Of a stretch of 64,000 nt of DNA, positions 37,701 to 51,200 are shown one piece after another (the first letter of the stretch is position 1; every line of letters begins with the position of its first letter). A program made the translations under genes and the position numbers. The notes beneath the pieces were generated by a model. It made no database searches. It was not told the origin of the DNA and was given only the letters and a program-made list of their open reading frames with translations. Source of the stretch: Mizuhopecten yessoensis (lineage: Eukaryota). The DNA lies in assembly GCF_002113885.1 (NCBI RefSeq), contig NW_018480057.1, positions 115,208 to 179,207 on the forward strand, written 5' to 3'.

Positions 37701-40700
37701 ACTGGCAGATCTGACCAAGTCTCATCAGAATCCTGTCATATTTGACTAAGTTATTGTGCATAAACCATCAACCAATCAGATAGCAGTATGCTTATAAATT
37801 ATGTGCAGGTTTTGCACACGTTTAAGGTTTAATAGCATTTGTCATTTGATAATATAAATTTTTGACCTAGCTTCATCAGAATAAGGTCAAATTTGACAAG
37901 TTATTGTGCAGAAACCATCAACCAATTAGAGCATAGTATGCTAATTAATTACATGCTGATTTTACTCAACTTTGAACTATTCATACCAAGTCTCATCAGA
38001 ATCAAGCTTCAATCTACCGACATGTTCATGCATGCAAAGTTTCATAAAAGTTTAACGATCTTGCGGAAACCGAAGTGTGGATGGATGGACACTCTCCATA
38101 CTATAACATGTCCCAACAAAATGTTTGACTAAAAAATTTGAGTTTCCATACGCGAAGGGGATACTGATGTTATAGCCATATGTGATAGCTCACAGTTACT
38201 TATAATCAGCTGGCTAAAAATGTTGATTTATTTTTATAAGAAATGATCAAGTTGAAACAGGATAAATGGAATGGACATTGATTGTGTCAATATGACTATA
38301 TACGATAAAGAAAGCATATAAACAAGGGCTTTAACAAACAAACTTTAACTCATTCATCCCTGAAATTTCATAATGAACTATTCCAACCTTTGAATTGGAT
38401 GATTTCAAATGTATCTTCAGGGGTGAATTAGTTAACACAAGTCTTAAGTTTCAGTTGTGCTCTGTGCATGTTACCTCCAGCATGGACGCAAGTTCTTGTT
38501 TGGAGATGTTTATTCTGTCTCTATCCACACTATCCACGACATAGATAATGGCATCCGTGTTGGAGTAGTAACATCGCCAGTACGGCCTGTAAGTAAAACA
38601 TATTCCAACTCATATATATTGACTCATTATGCCTTTTTGGTTTTGAAAATATGAAGAAATTTTAAATGTGGATGTACTAATAATTGCAATAAGATTAAAA
38701 TTCTATGATGATAAAATTCATGAAATTTGAATTGTTCCATTTTTATAAGAAATGATCAAGTTGAAACAGGATAAATGCTGGTAAATGATAACAAAACAAA
38801 AAACAACAAAAACACACAATATAGGGTCTATAAACATACCTAATACTTGTTTGGCCTCCTAAATCCCACACTTGAAACTTCAGGTTCTTGTAATTTACTG
38901 TTTCCACATTAAATCCAATTGCTGCAAAATACAAAACATACAAACCACATAGCATGAATACATGATAATGCTTTGTTGCAACATATTCATGTACCTTTAT
39001 TTACTTTTCTGATCATCACATGGTTTCTTTATTTACCCAAGATCTCTAATATATATAGTGTTAGTTTGATCACTAATATTGTTAACAATTCACTATTATG
39101 TAATTACAATATTGACTAATATTACCAGAAACCAAAGTTTTGGAAATGAAATAAAAAAAAATTATCCAAGTCTAAACATGTTTCATGTAGTATTGATAAT
39201 GAATTAGCAGTGTTTATGAAATTTGTTTGTAACAATTTTCAAATATGAAATTTGCTGAATTTCTCACCTTGTACAGTGGAATTCTACCGCTAGTAATTAT
39301 TATAAATCTTAAGGTCATTTCATTCTTCAAGTACGTTAACAAGTACCTTTGACGGAACCTAGAATAACACTTTATTAATCCAGTGAGCTAAAGGGATAAT
39401 CAAATTTTCTCTAGCCAAGTCATTAATAATTGATTAACACTTTATTAATCCAGTGAGCTAAAGGGATAATCAAATTTTCTCTAGCCAAGTCATTAATAAT
39501 TGATCATGAGTAGATGGTTTACCTTTGATATACCACTGTACATGTACCCCCCACACTTTTACTTCAAATTTTAATCTGCATTTCAAAGCATGTATTCACT
39601 GTCCCTCCTAACAATGTTTCTGTGCAAACGTTACATTACTTAGCCTACGTTATTTAATCATCTTCCTCTGGATTGAATACTCTGACGTACACTACTTGAT
39701 ATAGAATTCAGATTAAGATGCAACTGCAAATTCTACTAATATACATGTTTATTCTACTAATACTTAAAAATCGTATTGAGTTTCATATAACACCAGAATA
39801 ATGCTGGAGGGGGTCATTTTGGGTCCAGACCCCTTATGACTGAAACTGGCCATTTCTGTTTTAAATTTTCTTGCATAATTTAAGAACATGTACAATGGCA
39901 GGCTTGTCTCAATTTTTTTTATTGACTACAGTAATATTAGAACTATTTAAAGTTGTCAATTTCTATCATCTAAAAGTATTTTGTGTAATTAACACAACAG
40001 CACCTGCATCCAGATGTTGCATTTCCAAAATCAAAAACCATATGGGTCCGACAGACACAGTAAATGTACTTACTAGGAATAGTTGTTACAACTTCTCCTA
40101 CTTGAAGTTTATATAAAATTGTAGTTTTTCCAGCTCCATCTAATCCAAGGATTAATATTCTTCTGTCCTTTTGTGCAAACCATCCAGTAAAAAAACTCCA
40201 TACGTTTCCTGAAATTAAAAAAAATCAAAAGAATTTACCATTATTCTTGCCTCATGGTCACACTCAAAATTATGCTTCTTTATAATTTATAATTTATTAA
40301 ATGTTTTATTCTGGTAGTGCTCCATTTAGCCTGAACATAATTTAATTAAAGATATCTAAACACCAAATATTCTCGAATTTTAAATAATGCCTGAAACATT
40401 GTTTATTGAGGATCAAAGGTAAAGCATTCTTGGGATACTACAAGTCTTAATTAAATGATTCATTCAAAGATATGTATTAACAACCAATATATAAATTACA
40501 GGAGTAGCAATACAATAAATTTGTCAACACAGGTGGTCAAAATCATTAGGGTACAAACACACCAACATTTTCATGACCACCTCTCTGCAAATTTTGGTTA
40601 CTTTCCTTCAAAGGCCTATCGAAAACTTTACCTTTCCATTCATGGCACATGTTCATATGAACATGCGATGTTTTTTTCATTTACGTTTAAGAGGTTGTAG

Positions 40701-41877
40701 TTATGTATCTCTTTGTAGACACAATTTAGTGTCCAGTTTCTATTCTATTTTTCTGTTTCAGTAAACCATGTTTTTGATTGTTTTCACCTAACAGCCCTTA
40801 TATATGTGTCTGTTTAATGTTTATACCTACTGTCATCACATATTGATTAACAACAAGCCCCCACTGGACGGGGGATCCCTGATTTAATTGCTTAACCTTG
40901 TAGCTTTTCTTTATTCATTAAGATTGACCAAACTTTGTTTCTTTTCGCGAGACCGATTGAAATTCATGAGAAATTTGTCTCATGCCGTGAGGAATTTTTC
41001 TGAGTCTGACTGTCTCACACTCAAATCATTCGATATGGCATGTATGAAAGAGACGAAATTGCACTTGTAACATTGGAAAGAGAAACGCAGAATCTAGACC
41101 AGGGTTTGAACCTGTGACCCTCTAAACTCTAGTGCAGTACGTATACATAAACAATGAAGTATAATTGACTCATGAATTCATATTCATGACTCATTGAAGT
41201 GAACAATACACTAGTCTATATGATTCTTAAATAATAAATTCAAGCAACCAATTCAAAGTTTGATCCTTTTCATATTGACCAATGTTGTCAAAGGAAATTG
41301 TACAACAAAAGTCTAAGTACTCTAAAACATAAGTTAACAAAGACACCATTTGAAAATGAGCAATACCTGTATTTGTTGAAAATGTTATGAATGTGTAACA
41401 TATTTACGCTATATAATTTGTTACATATCGGTATTTTAGTTGTTATCCACATTTATAATCGATTGGGGTTTTTTTCAATTGATATCGTACATATATCAAT
41501 AAATTTGTTAAAATACTGATCCTTGATCAGATTCTAGCCTCTAAATTTAACGTTTAGTCCGCTCCTGACGATTAATAATATGTAAGAGAACATAACACTC
41601 GTCTATCAATGTATATTACATTGATATTCTACGAGCCTACACGTTTAATTCATGTCATTTGAGTTACATATGACAGGGGAATATTGGTCCAAGATTTCCA
41701 TCGGTAAAAAAAAATCGGGGGGGGGGGGGGGGTTACTGTGGTCTGCAAAACAAAACGCAGATCTGTCATTCGGTGCATGAAGGCACTAACATATTTCAAG
41801 CTGGAGAATAAATAAATGTATTGTATAAATGCGTGTCATTTGAGACGGTTTCATGTAATAATCGATAAATTACCCAT
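34778..41877 (-). CDS. ARL1: ADP-ribosylation factor-like protein 1 (ARL1-like small GTPase, 179 aa)
   Basis: Exons (minus) 41877-41874 (ATGG|gtaa), 40208-40074, 38921-38840, 38586-38475, 37294-37119, 34808-34778. Protein: [137 protein letters not shown] is ARL1-diagnostic. Confidence 0.93.
36157..37098 (+). mobile_element. HINE-like element with 135-155-bp internal tandem units in the last ARL1 intron
   Basis: 5' aacaagaggctcatgggcc. ggccatattggatttctgatc recurs four times. ggacgacg/gacggacagacg microsatellite; 3' hairpin aggtcacttgagc-taaa-gctcaggtgacct followed by aaaa. Confidence 0.75.
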
Positions 41878-41959
41878 TCTTGCGTGTGTTTTCTTCAAGC
41901 CGGTGCTTGCTGTCAGTGTGGCAAAACGCGAATATACCCAAAACGTGTACAACCCTACA

Positions 41960-41969
41960 GCGCATGCGC
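41960..41969. promoter_or_regulatory. NRF1-type palindrome GCGCATGCGC in the ARL1 promoter
   Basis: Exact motif ~85 bp upstream of the ARL1 ATG, within a CpG-containing patch. Confidence 0.55.
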
Positions 41970-42454
41970 GAGTTATTTCCTTTTCTCAAGGCTGTATGTT
42001 TTTACTGTAAACATTTCCTTAAAATCACAAATATGTTGGGGGGGGAAATAGAAAATCATATTATTTTTTAAAAATAGAAACTGCAACTATTTCATTAGGA
42101 AATGAGTATACCATTAAAGCCAAAGTTATGATACGAAACAATTGATAAATATCCGGCGCATTCGATCAACTCAGCAGTAAGGATGTCTCACACTAATTAG
42201 TAGGCCAGTAAGGATGAATGTTAAGCATTTTCAAATTATCTTTCACATATTCAAACAAGAGCACAGTATTCCAACAAGGAATTGAAAAGGGTAGGGCGCT
42301 GACCAGATTTTTTTTTTTTTTAGCGCGCAACACTTTTTATATGGCATTTGATTGCGCGTCAGAGATTTTCAGGGGCAGTCAATGTATTTATTAACTACAT
42401 AATAAAGGTCCAGTGGATCTAGTGATATTGTTTATTGATATTTTACTGTATATA

Positions 42455-42676
42455 TGTAACAGAGGTCATCATTTTGATTGCATTCGCCCGCTTTGAGTCG
42501 AACCAGGGATCTCTGGCTTAATAGTCTTAATCTTTACCGAATGAGCTTATAAATTATTCTCCCTGGCCGAGTCGGTAGAAAGCGGCTATAGTCTTTTGCC
42601 AGGGAGAAATACTCCCCTTTCCAGTGATCGTGTCAGTATTTCCCGGGTTCCTACATGGGCGCCAATGTAACAGAGG
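42455..42676 (-). mobile_element. Truncated TRIM-like element with a tRNA-like LTR
   Basis: Minus strand: ..CCTCTGTTACA, then PBS TTGGCGCCCATG, an internal part of ~57 bp, PPT GGAAAGGGGAGTA, then an LTR with AGCTCATTCGGTAAAG and GGTTCGACTC ending CCTCTGTTACA. Confidence 0.6.
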
Positions 42677-43149
42677 ATTTGAATAAGAACGAACAGGTTC
42701 AATTTGAGCATGCACGCACTACGAGGGTGCAACTGGGATATATCGACAGGTTTAAACGTAAAATAGATCAATAATTTATTACGATGTTGTAGATGCTGTA
42801 GGAAGATGATTTTGATTCAAAATAGGTGCATATACTTGTATTCAGAGAGGCTAGGCGAAAAAAGCGAGAAGTTACCTTCTCTCCTCGGCTGGAAAGGCCT
42901 TTTTGTTAGCAATAAATGCAGACAGCTGCCGCTGAAACGTACGGCTGTACAGTTGTTAAGGATTTTTCCATTACTCATTAAAAACGCCAAGAAAACATTG
43001 TCTCTTGTCAATTTCTCGACATGAGTTGTTCATCGGGAGTATCAAACTATAGAAACATGAAGAGTTTTGTGACAAGGTTATAAAAAACACTTACTTGACT
43101 AACTGAAACAGGAATACTCTTTTAAAATTAAATAAAGTATGCATTTTAC

Positions 43150-43945
43150 TTTACATTGGCTGGAGTGTGCCAGTGAAGTTTGGGATGGCTGTTCACATGC
43201 AGATGCTATCACCATCTGTAAAAGGTCCAGTTGGAAGCAACTAGGGTTATACCAGGTTTACCATCATTTGCCAGAACTGAAATTCACTATATGTAGAAAC
43301 CAATTAAGAACATATATCAATAAGAAGGAAACAAAAGAAATTAATATCATTCTACAAAATGCGAAGTAAACTAACTCCATCTTACCGTAATGACTTACTT
43401 CCTATACAGGTAGGGGAACCAACACAACACAGGCTTAGAAACAGAAACAACTACACTACCCCTCCATACAGACTGTCATGATAACAAAATCATCGTTCAT
43501 CCCATCAACTATATACGACCGTGGAATGATTTGAGTGACACTATACGTGACAAACCAACAATTAATAGTTTTAAATCATCTATGATTAATGAAAATAATA
43601 TGAATGTGCTGGCAATCTACTTTTGATACGGAAACAGAAAACTAAATGTTTTACATACAAGATTAAGACATGCCTGTAGTTCTGTAAGATACGATCTGTA
43701 TATATAGGGTAAACATTATAGAAAGTCCGTCTTGCGCACCTGGAAGTCGGTATGAAAATTAATTTCATCATTTCCCCCCAGTGTAATCAATATGAAAGAG
43801 AAAGCCGTTTATTATTACATACAATATCTGTATATGGTATTATAAACTTAGATTTGCTATTAAATGGCGGTCCAAGTTTGTCTCCTGGAGAAAACATCCA
43901 TGTATTTAAATAAGTACAGTTAGTTTATTAAAGACAGTGATAGGC
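43150..43945 (+). mobile_element. Decayed 3' end of a CR1/L2-type LINE ORF2
   Basis: Frameshifted remnants VWDGCS, SFIPSTIRPWNDL and G-like.RKLNVLHTRLRHACS, typical of CR1-group ORF2 C-termini. Confidence 0.65.
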
Positions 43946-43997
43946 TGTAAATTATCCCTCTCTTCTCTTACACTCTCTTCGTTCTTCTCTATCTCAT

Positions 43998-44240
43998 GGA
44001 GGCACGGCAGACTAGTGGTAGGACACCGGGCTCATGACCGCAGGGTTGCGGGTTCGAATCACGGCACGACACTGTGCAAGATATTTTACTCCGTTTGTTC
44101 CAGTCTACTCAGCTGTAAATGAGTACGTGGTGGGCAGCGCTAGATTTGATGAATGCTAGCTGTTAGCGCCGAAATGGCAGCTCCGGCTGTATGCAGGGAG
44201 ATGAGAAAGATATTGGCTGGTTGCAAAGGCCCTATCACTA
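43998..44240 (+). mobile_element. tRNA-derived SINE
   Basis: A box (GGCAGACTAGTGG) and B box (GGTTCGAATC), followed by a conserved-core-like ccagtctactcagctgtaaatgagtac. Confidence 0.7.
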
Positions 44241-45277
44241 TTCTTTTACGCTCCCATTGATGATTTGTGTAAATTGTATTGTTGATGTTGCACAATTTGC
44301 TCAGCACCTGTGGCTGGAGTGAATTCCATATCCTGATTTGCTTTCTTACTTATCAAAGTTAACTCACAAATGAAAAATGGCGTTTGCCATCACAACTACA
44401 CTAAAACGATTAATTTAATATATGAAGTTTGATTTGTTGGTAATTTTAAGTCTCCTAGCCTCAAGGATTTTTTTCTGTTTTAACCGTTAAAGTTAACCCA
44501 TTTCATTGTTTTGGTCCAAGATAAAGTGTGTGTTTTTTATGTACAATTAGTGTTTTGGAATACAAGGACTTAAGTGTATCTCCTTGCTCATCAAAAATAT
44601 TAAAGTTAAAGTTACATTAATAACAAAAAAAAGCGTGTGAAGATAACCAGTCATATTGATGTTTTATACTTCTACCTAGCATGTCATACGCATCCCCGAC
44701 TACTATAAACACTCTACTGAGCCTTTTTAATCTACATTTTTTTTTATATAGACTGGTATTGTAAAGAAATATTTGGTGATGAGCAAGGAGATGCACTTTA
44801 GTCCTTGTATTCCAAAACACAAGAAACATTGTTTTTTTAAGGAAAAGGGCATTGTAGGATAAGTATAAAACTTCCACAAATTAAATATCATCATATAACT
44901 ATCTCATCCTGAAATCAGCTTCAGATAACTAGGTTCGACCTTATTTCAAAAACGAACAAATCTGGTCCAACCATTTCAATCGTTTTGAATCACGAAATTT
45001 CAAGAAAGGGACGACAACTCTTGGATAGAGATCGAAATAATCATCGAATGCGCCGGAAACCTTAAAAAAGACCCGGATAAATAAAACGAAAAAAAATATA
45101 TGTAAAATAATAATAAGTAAATGAATTAAACCTTATTGAAATAAATATTATTACTCATACTGATTTGAATATTATTTTTTTTATCACTAATTTCGAGAGG
45201 ACAATCAAAAAGTGAATGAAATAATTTTGTTTCGTTTCGTCTTTTAATATCCTTTTCTGTAGAGCGTGAGAACCAAA

Positions 45278-48200
45278 ATGTCGCGACGCGAAGGGCAGCT
45301 TTTTGTTGGGCGACTCAGTAAAAGTACTAGAGTACGTGACCTAGAAGACGTGTTTGAAGCTTACGGTCGCTTGGCAAGATGTGAAGTTAAATATGGTACG
45401 TAAATATGTCATAAAGTTGGGTGGATTTCATCTTTTAAATAGGCCACAATCGGGGTTCAATGAATTTGTAACGATTTTGGAGAATTCCGCACAATGGCAA
45501 TGTCGATTAGATTAACAAGTCATCATGTGGCGACATTTTGCGCTCTTGAAAACAAAGTTATTCGACTGCTCGTCAGAGTTATTTGTACCCGTCATCGCAT
45601 TATGACTATAAGATCTTCTATTTGATCACAAAAACATGATTGAAGTACATTGTAAATTATATCGACCCAGTATGTGGACCCAAGGGAGATAACAGTAATG
45701 ACGTATTTTAATATTTTCTAAAATGTCATTATAATATGTGATTATTTTCTCCTCCTTTTAGGTGCTGAGATGGGTAAGTGAATGAAACCTGCCCTGCTGT
45801 GAAATTTTGTTGCAGAGACATCATATAATTTACACCAAAGAAGTCTTAGAGAATATAGCAGGGTCAACTAAAAATATAAACTTTAAATTTCACCTAAGAA
45901 AACTGGTGTTTTAAATACTTCATGGGTCACTTAATTGAACAATAAGCCAGGTTTTCACTGGTTCCAGTACAATTTTATGCTATGAATAATTCATACTTTC
46001 TGTGGTCAACTAAACTCCAGGGAAGCATCGCAGGCTCATCCTTAGTAAAGTATAGTTTATTTCTGAAAACTCCACATTACCATAGAACGAATGGTAAGTT
46101 TTTATATCCGGCATATTAAAGCTAAATTTTAACATACTTACAAAAAAATCATTAAAATAATAACCTTCTTAATATGGGTTATAAACATTGACAAAATTTA
46201 TTTAAAATTTGTTCAATATATAGACATTTACTAACCCTACATCAAGTTTTTTTGAAAATGACAATAGCAACGTTTTAACCCTACACAAACTTAATTTGTG
46301 GCAGAGAGAAAAAAAATGTGCATCAACATGCACGAACAAATCACATTATAAACAACCTGTAGATTATCTACATTCTACAAGTCTAATGCACCAGTTGAAA
46401 TGAGCTAAGGGAAGCTAACTACGATACTCAAACAAAATTATGCTTATTGAAAATACGGTCGTCATGGGGCAACGCCGTCACGATTGGGATGGAAAGTATG
46501 ATATTTTTGTGCTTTAAAGAATTGTTAGTTTTATATCAGCATTTGTGAGAACAATAAATAATGCCATAGTAATGAGTTCCCCAACTAACTGATTAGCTGA
46601 CATTCAATTATCTCCAAGTATTTTGTTAAACAAACCAAGGTACTGAGTCACCGTACCAAATACAACATTATCGGGGAAAGTGTCATGGCATTTTCTAACA
46701 TTATGGATGTATAAGAGTTATCTACCTTGGAGTGACAATTGGTGTTTAAGATATTTGGTGCTTATATTTTTTATTAACATATGTACATGTATTTTTTACC
46801 AATGTTGTACACTTCCTCTAATAATAATAATATAAGTTTGATAATAGTGTTAAGATCCTTATCTTAGAAATAAGCCTGACAGGAGTTTTAAATACCAAGT
46901 TATGAAGAGTAATTAAAACAGAAATTCTGAAATTCTTTTTTTCACTAAAAATGAATTCAAGTTTTATTTGCAGTCCCAGGGTGTAAGCCCTAAAATATTA
47001 ATACAAAAATAAAACTATGACATACTTTCATTTAAAAAAAATCATTTCTTTAAAACTTGAGTTGTCTTAGTCACAAGAAATTATAACAGGTCTTATGAAC
47101 ACGAGAATTTGTAAATTGACCCAGAGAAGTCTTAAGGCCATCCAAGGTGCATTGGCTTCTCCGATACAAAATTACCCCAAAATAGTATACAGGGAATCTG
47201 TACTCCATTGCTGATGGTATGAAAAGTGAATTTGCCTTGTAAAATTCATGTACAATTTGTTAACTCAATACACCCAAAATAATGGCCAGGCTGATATACC
47301 CAAAATAAAGGCCAGTGGGATACACCCAAAATAATGGCCAGTGTGGCTAAGGTCAGAATCAATATATTACATGAAACCTTATCATGTTTTTACAATGTAC
47401 TTTCTATTGTGATTCTTTGAATTTCTGTCAGTACTCGTAACATTTACCAGTAACCACCTAAACTAAAGTTATACTGGATAAAGATTATAAAGTATGAATA
47501 TAAGTCTTAAGTCAATATCTATGTGCTCCGGTGCCGTGTTTGTTGTGATCAAATCTTCTTAATATTGACTCAAATTTAAGCTCCTCGTAATAAACTTGTA
47601 AAATACACAACAGTATTATTACAAAAGAAAAAGTAAAATGTACCAATTAATGCAAACTACACCTGAATAAAAAAAACTGGTTAAAGTGTGTTTGGTCAGG
47701 TATAATTATATTATTACTTTCAAAGTTTGGTTGAACATACAAGGAGGGGGAAAAAAATCAAATTTGATTTTCAGTCTGATATTCATTGCAATAGTTAGTA
47801 AAACTTCCAATCTTGTTATGTCTGTGTGCGTTATGGTCATATCTTATGCCGCTTTATTTGCATATTCTGTGGTCTTTTGCTTTCAGCATATGCCTTTGTT
47901 GATTTTGAAGACCGAAGAGATGCAGAGGTAATAACAATATAAACATTTATATTTATTCTGAATTTCTTCACAGGACTGTACACAAAATATATTGATATGT
48001 TTCATAGTATTTATGACATTTCAAATATATTCGTTTTTAAAAAGCTTATGTTCGTAAAGTTGCTAATTCATTTCAAACAAAGTTAGTTTGGCAATATATA
48101 TCAATGTTTTGATGAGGAGTGATTGTTCCTTTCCACATTATCTCTGAACACCTTCTCCAAAAATATTTACTTCAAAAAGCACTTTGGTAATATAATGTTA

Positions 48201-51200
48201 ATTAGAGCATAATCATTTCTATCCAGTATTTCTTATGACCTGTAGTTCTATTAATTCATGGAAAATTTAAATATTCACGAAAATTTGTCAAACCATCACT
48301 GACAGCTTTTTGGCTGTTCATGATAGTCCAAAACTTTCCAATAGATAAAGTTGTTGTTGAAGAGAAATGAACAGTTGTCTATGGGCTAAGATATCTTAGA
48401 TCTAAGATACTACTTTCATTGACATAAACATAGACATCACTGTTGATGTTTCAGTAAACAAAATGGAAATATTTTACATGTAGATATGGCAGTTGGCAAA
48501 TCTCTTTTTGCAATGAAACTGGTTCTTTTGAAAATTGCAAGACAATTGATTTATGAAATTTAATCATCATTAAGAGGATTTGCAAAATATACAAAACAGA
48601 CTTTAACAAGAATTCCTTTATAGTTTTTTTTAATAGTTTTTGAAATTCGTGGCGCAAATTTTCACATGATTGAAAACAATAAAAAAAAGAATTGAAGCAA
48701 AACTATTGGAAAATGAATTTAACAATGATTGGTTTTGAAGCAAATGTTTTTAATGTGGAGGGGAGATAATTAGATCACCAGTGACATTCATTGATATTTT
48801 GAGCAGTGGTTATCAAATCTTGATGGCTGGGGGGGAAAGAATATATTGAAGGAAAACAAATAGCTTGGAGGTAAGAAATGGTGAAATTTTGAATTCTGAT
48901 TTTTATACTGAAATTAATGCACATCATTTGTGGCAAACCTTAGCAGTGAGCGAGCCCCTGCCTTGCCATGACTTGCCAATGCCTGCCAATGCCAGTACAG
49001 ATTGTGCCAAAGTCCCATTGCCTGCCAACACCCATAGGCAGACAGACTATTGAAACCTAGCCATTGGTCACAGCATTAGCCAATCAAATACCATGTACCA
49101 TACCAGTACCTCCGCCCGCCGGAGCCGGTGGGTCAGTCAGTTCAGTCACAAATCCTCTCTCCACCAACTGACCAGTTCAGTGTGCCAAGTTAATTCTTGT
49201 GTCCATCCATGTCCGACCGGTCAAATGTCCATCCCACCAAGGCTTCTATGACAGACTCCATCAGTCTGATCCATTCCATGGTATATCAACAGTAGGTCAT
49301 TTAGTACATTGTAGCCTCAGTATAATATACAGTGAAACCTGTCTGAACTGAACATCAAAGGTCTCATATATTTTATAAGTCAGAATGGACCGGTGTAAAG
49401 ATTATACCTGTTATAATTCCATAAAAAGTACAACGGGACCTGTATGAGGTCTACACGGTTTATAGGTTATGCTGGGTTCGGTTACGACAGGTTACATTGT
49501 ACATGTATTGTCATGATGTTACTTGATGTGTTAATGGTGATTCTTGATTGTCTATTTTCCAGACTTGTATTTACTTGACAAATTGCAATGATCATGATAT
49601 ATGAATAATCTAAATTTGAAAATATTGCTTTAATTACACTTTCCAAATTCCCTTTTCAAAGTCAAATTCATATTACACATTGTATATATTACACCCTGAT
49701 CCTTACTGTGCTGTTGCTTTTATTTTCAGGATGCTATTAAGTATGAAAATGGACGTGAAATATCAGGTTCTGGTATTGTAGTGGAGTGGGCTAAGGGTAA
49801 TCGTAGAGGCGGTACTGTTTCCAGAGGGGTAAGTATTAATATTTAGGTTCTAAATACTGTAAGGGGGATAATTATCTTGATCTAGCAATTCCGTCTTTGC
49901 GTATTGCAGAGTTTTCTTCTCTTGAGAGCAGGTATTGATTGTTACGTCATTGGTTTGTGTGAGAAAATTACGTCGTTTTCTCAAAAATTGATGACGTTAC
50001 TTTCAAAAACAAATGATGTAACAATCAATACCTGCTCTCAAGAGAAGATAACTCTGCACTGAAATGAGAATAAGTATCCAGATACCGCAATTGTTCTGTT
50101 GTATACACAGTTGTCAGTGGAATAAGTTTCTAGATCTAGCAAAAGATACTAAATTTCTTAAACAGATATCAGTAGAATAGATTGTTAGATCTAGGGCTTA
50201 CATTTTACAGCCAGGAGATTTTGCATCATGCCATTACATACATTACATAAGGTATCAAAAGTGTATAACTTTAATAGATCATATTGGCATTCTTCTACCC
50301 CCAAAATATCACTTCAACAGTCTCCAATGGCTGACAGCTCAATGCAGGTTTGATACGATTTATAGTTGTTTTAAAAACATGGGTAGTAAATTGTATTGAA
50401 AGCTCAGTTAAGTGTTTTAAGATCACCTGGTCCCTGGGAAGTAGTTGAGATCCCCGGCATATAACCATATACAGTATACAATTGGTGGGCATGAAAATAT
50501 AAAACAATGATATCAGAATTGACCGTGTTATCAGAATTGATCCTACCCTCATGATTTGTTCCCTAGGTGATAACATGGAATTGGTTGAGATCCAAACACT
50601 TTATCTAAGGCCAAAAAACCCATTACTTGTGTCTCCCCTATCATCCAGTAAAATTTAGGGTGGGTAGGTAGGCAATTATTTTTATTTGACCCAATTGTTA
50701 GGTACAGTGAAGACACAAATGAATTTGACCCTTGAGACTTAGTGCTATGTTTATAACTATGATACATCACTATGATTCTCAGTTTTCTCTGCACCCTTAT
50801 TTCATGTCATGTCATAGCATTAAGCTATCCAATTGATATGCGATATAAAAACCTTACCAATCGCATTGGTGATATCAGTCCTTTGAAGATTACAGAAAAG
50901 TTTCACCTAACTTCAAAGCCTGTAAACTTTGCTTATTCACTGCGGTGTGATTCCTTTCATCTTCACCAAGTGCTTCAGACAAGGCTATTTATATCTTTCA
51001 CAAAAGGTTGCATAAAGAGCCTTCGATTTTGTGATGACATATTCTAAGGTTTAAGAGAAGAGGTGTATATCAAGTGGAAGAGCAGAACCTTTCAAACTCA
51101 AAGATGGTATGAAGTCAGAGACAACCACTATCAAGCTATGAGTTATAGCCCTGGGGTCTCACCCTACCCTTGGAGACTTACTTCTTATACCTTGCATTTG

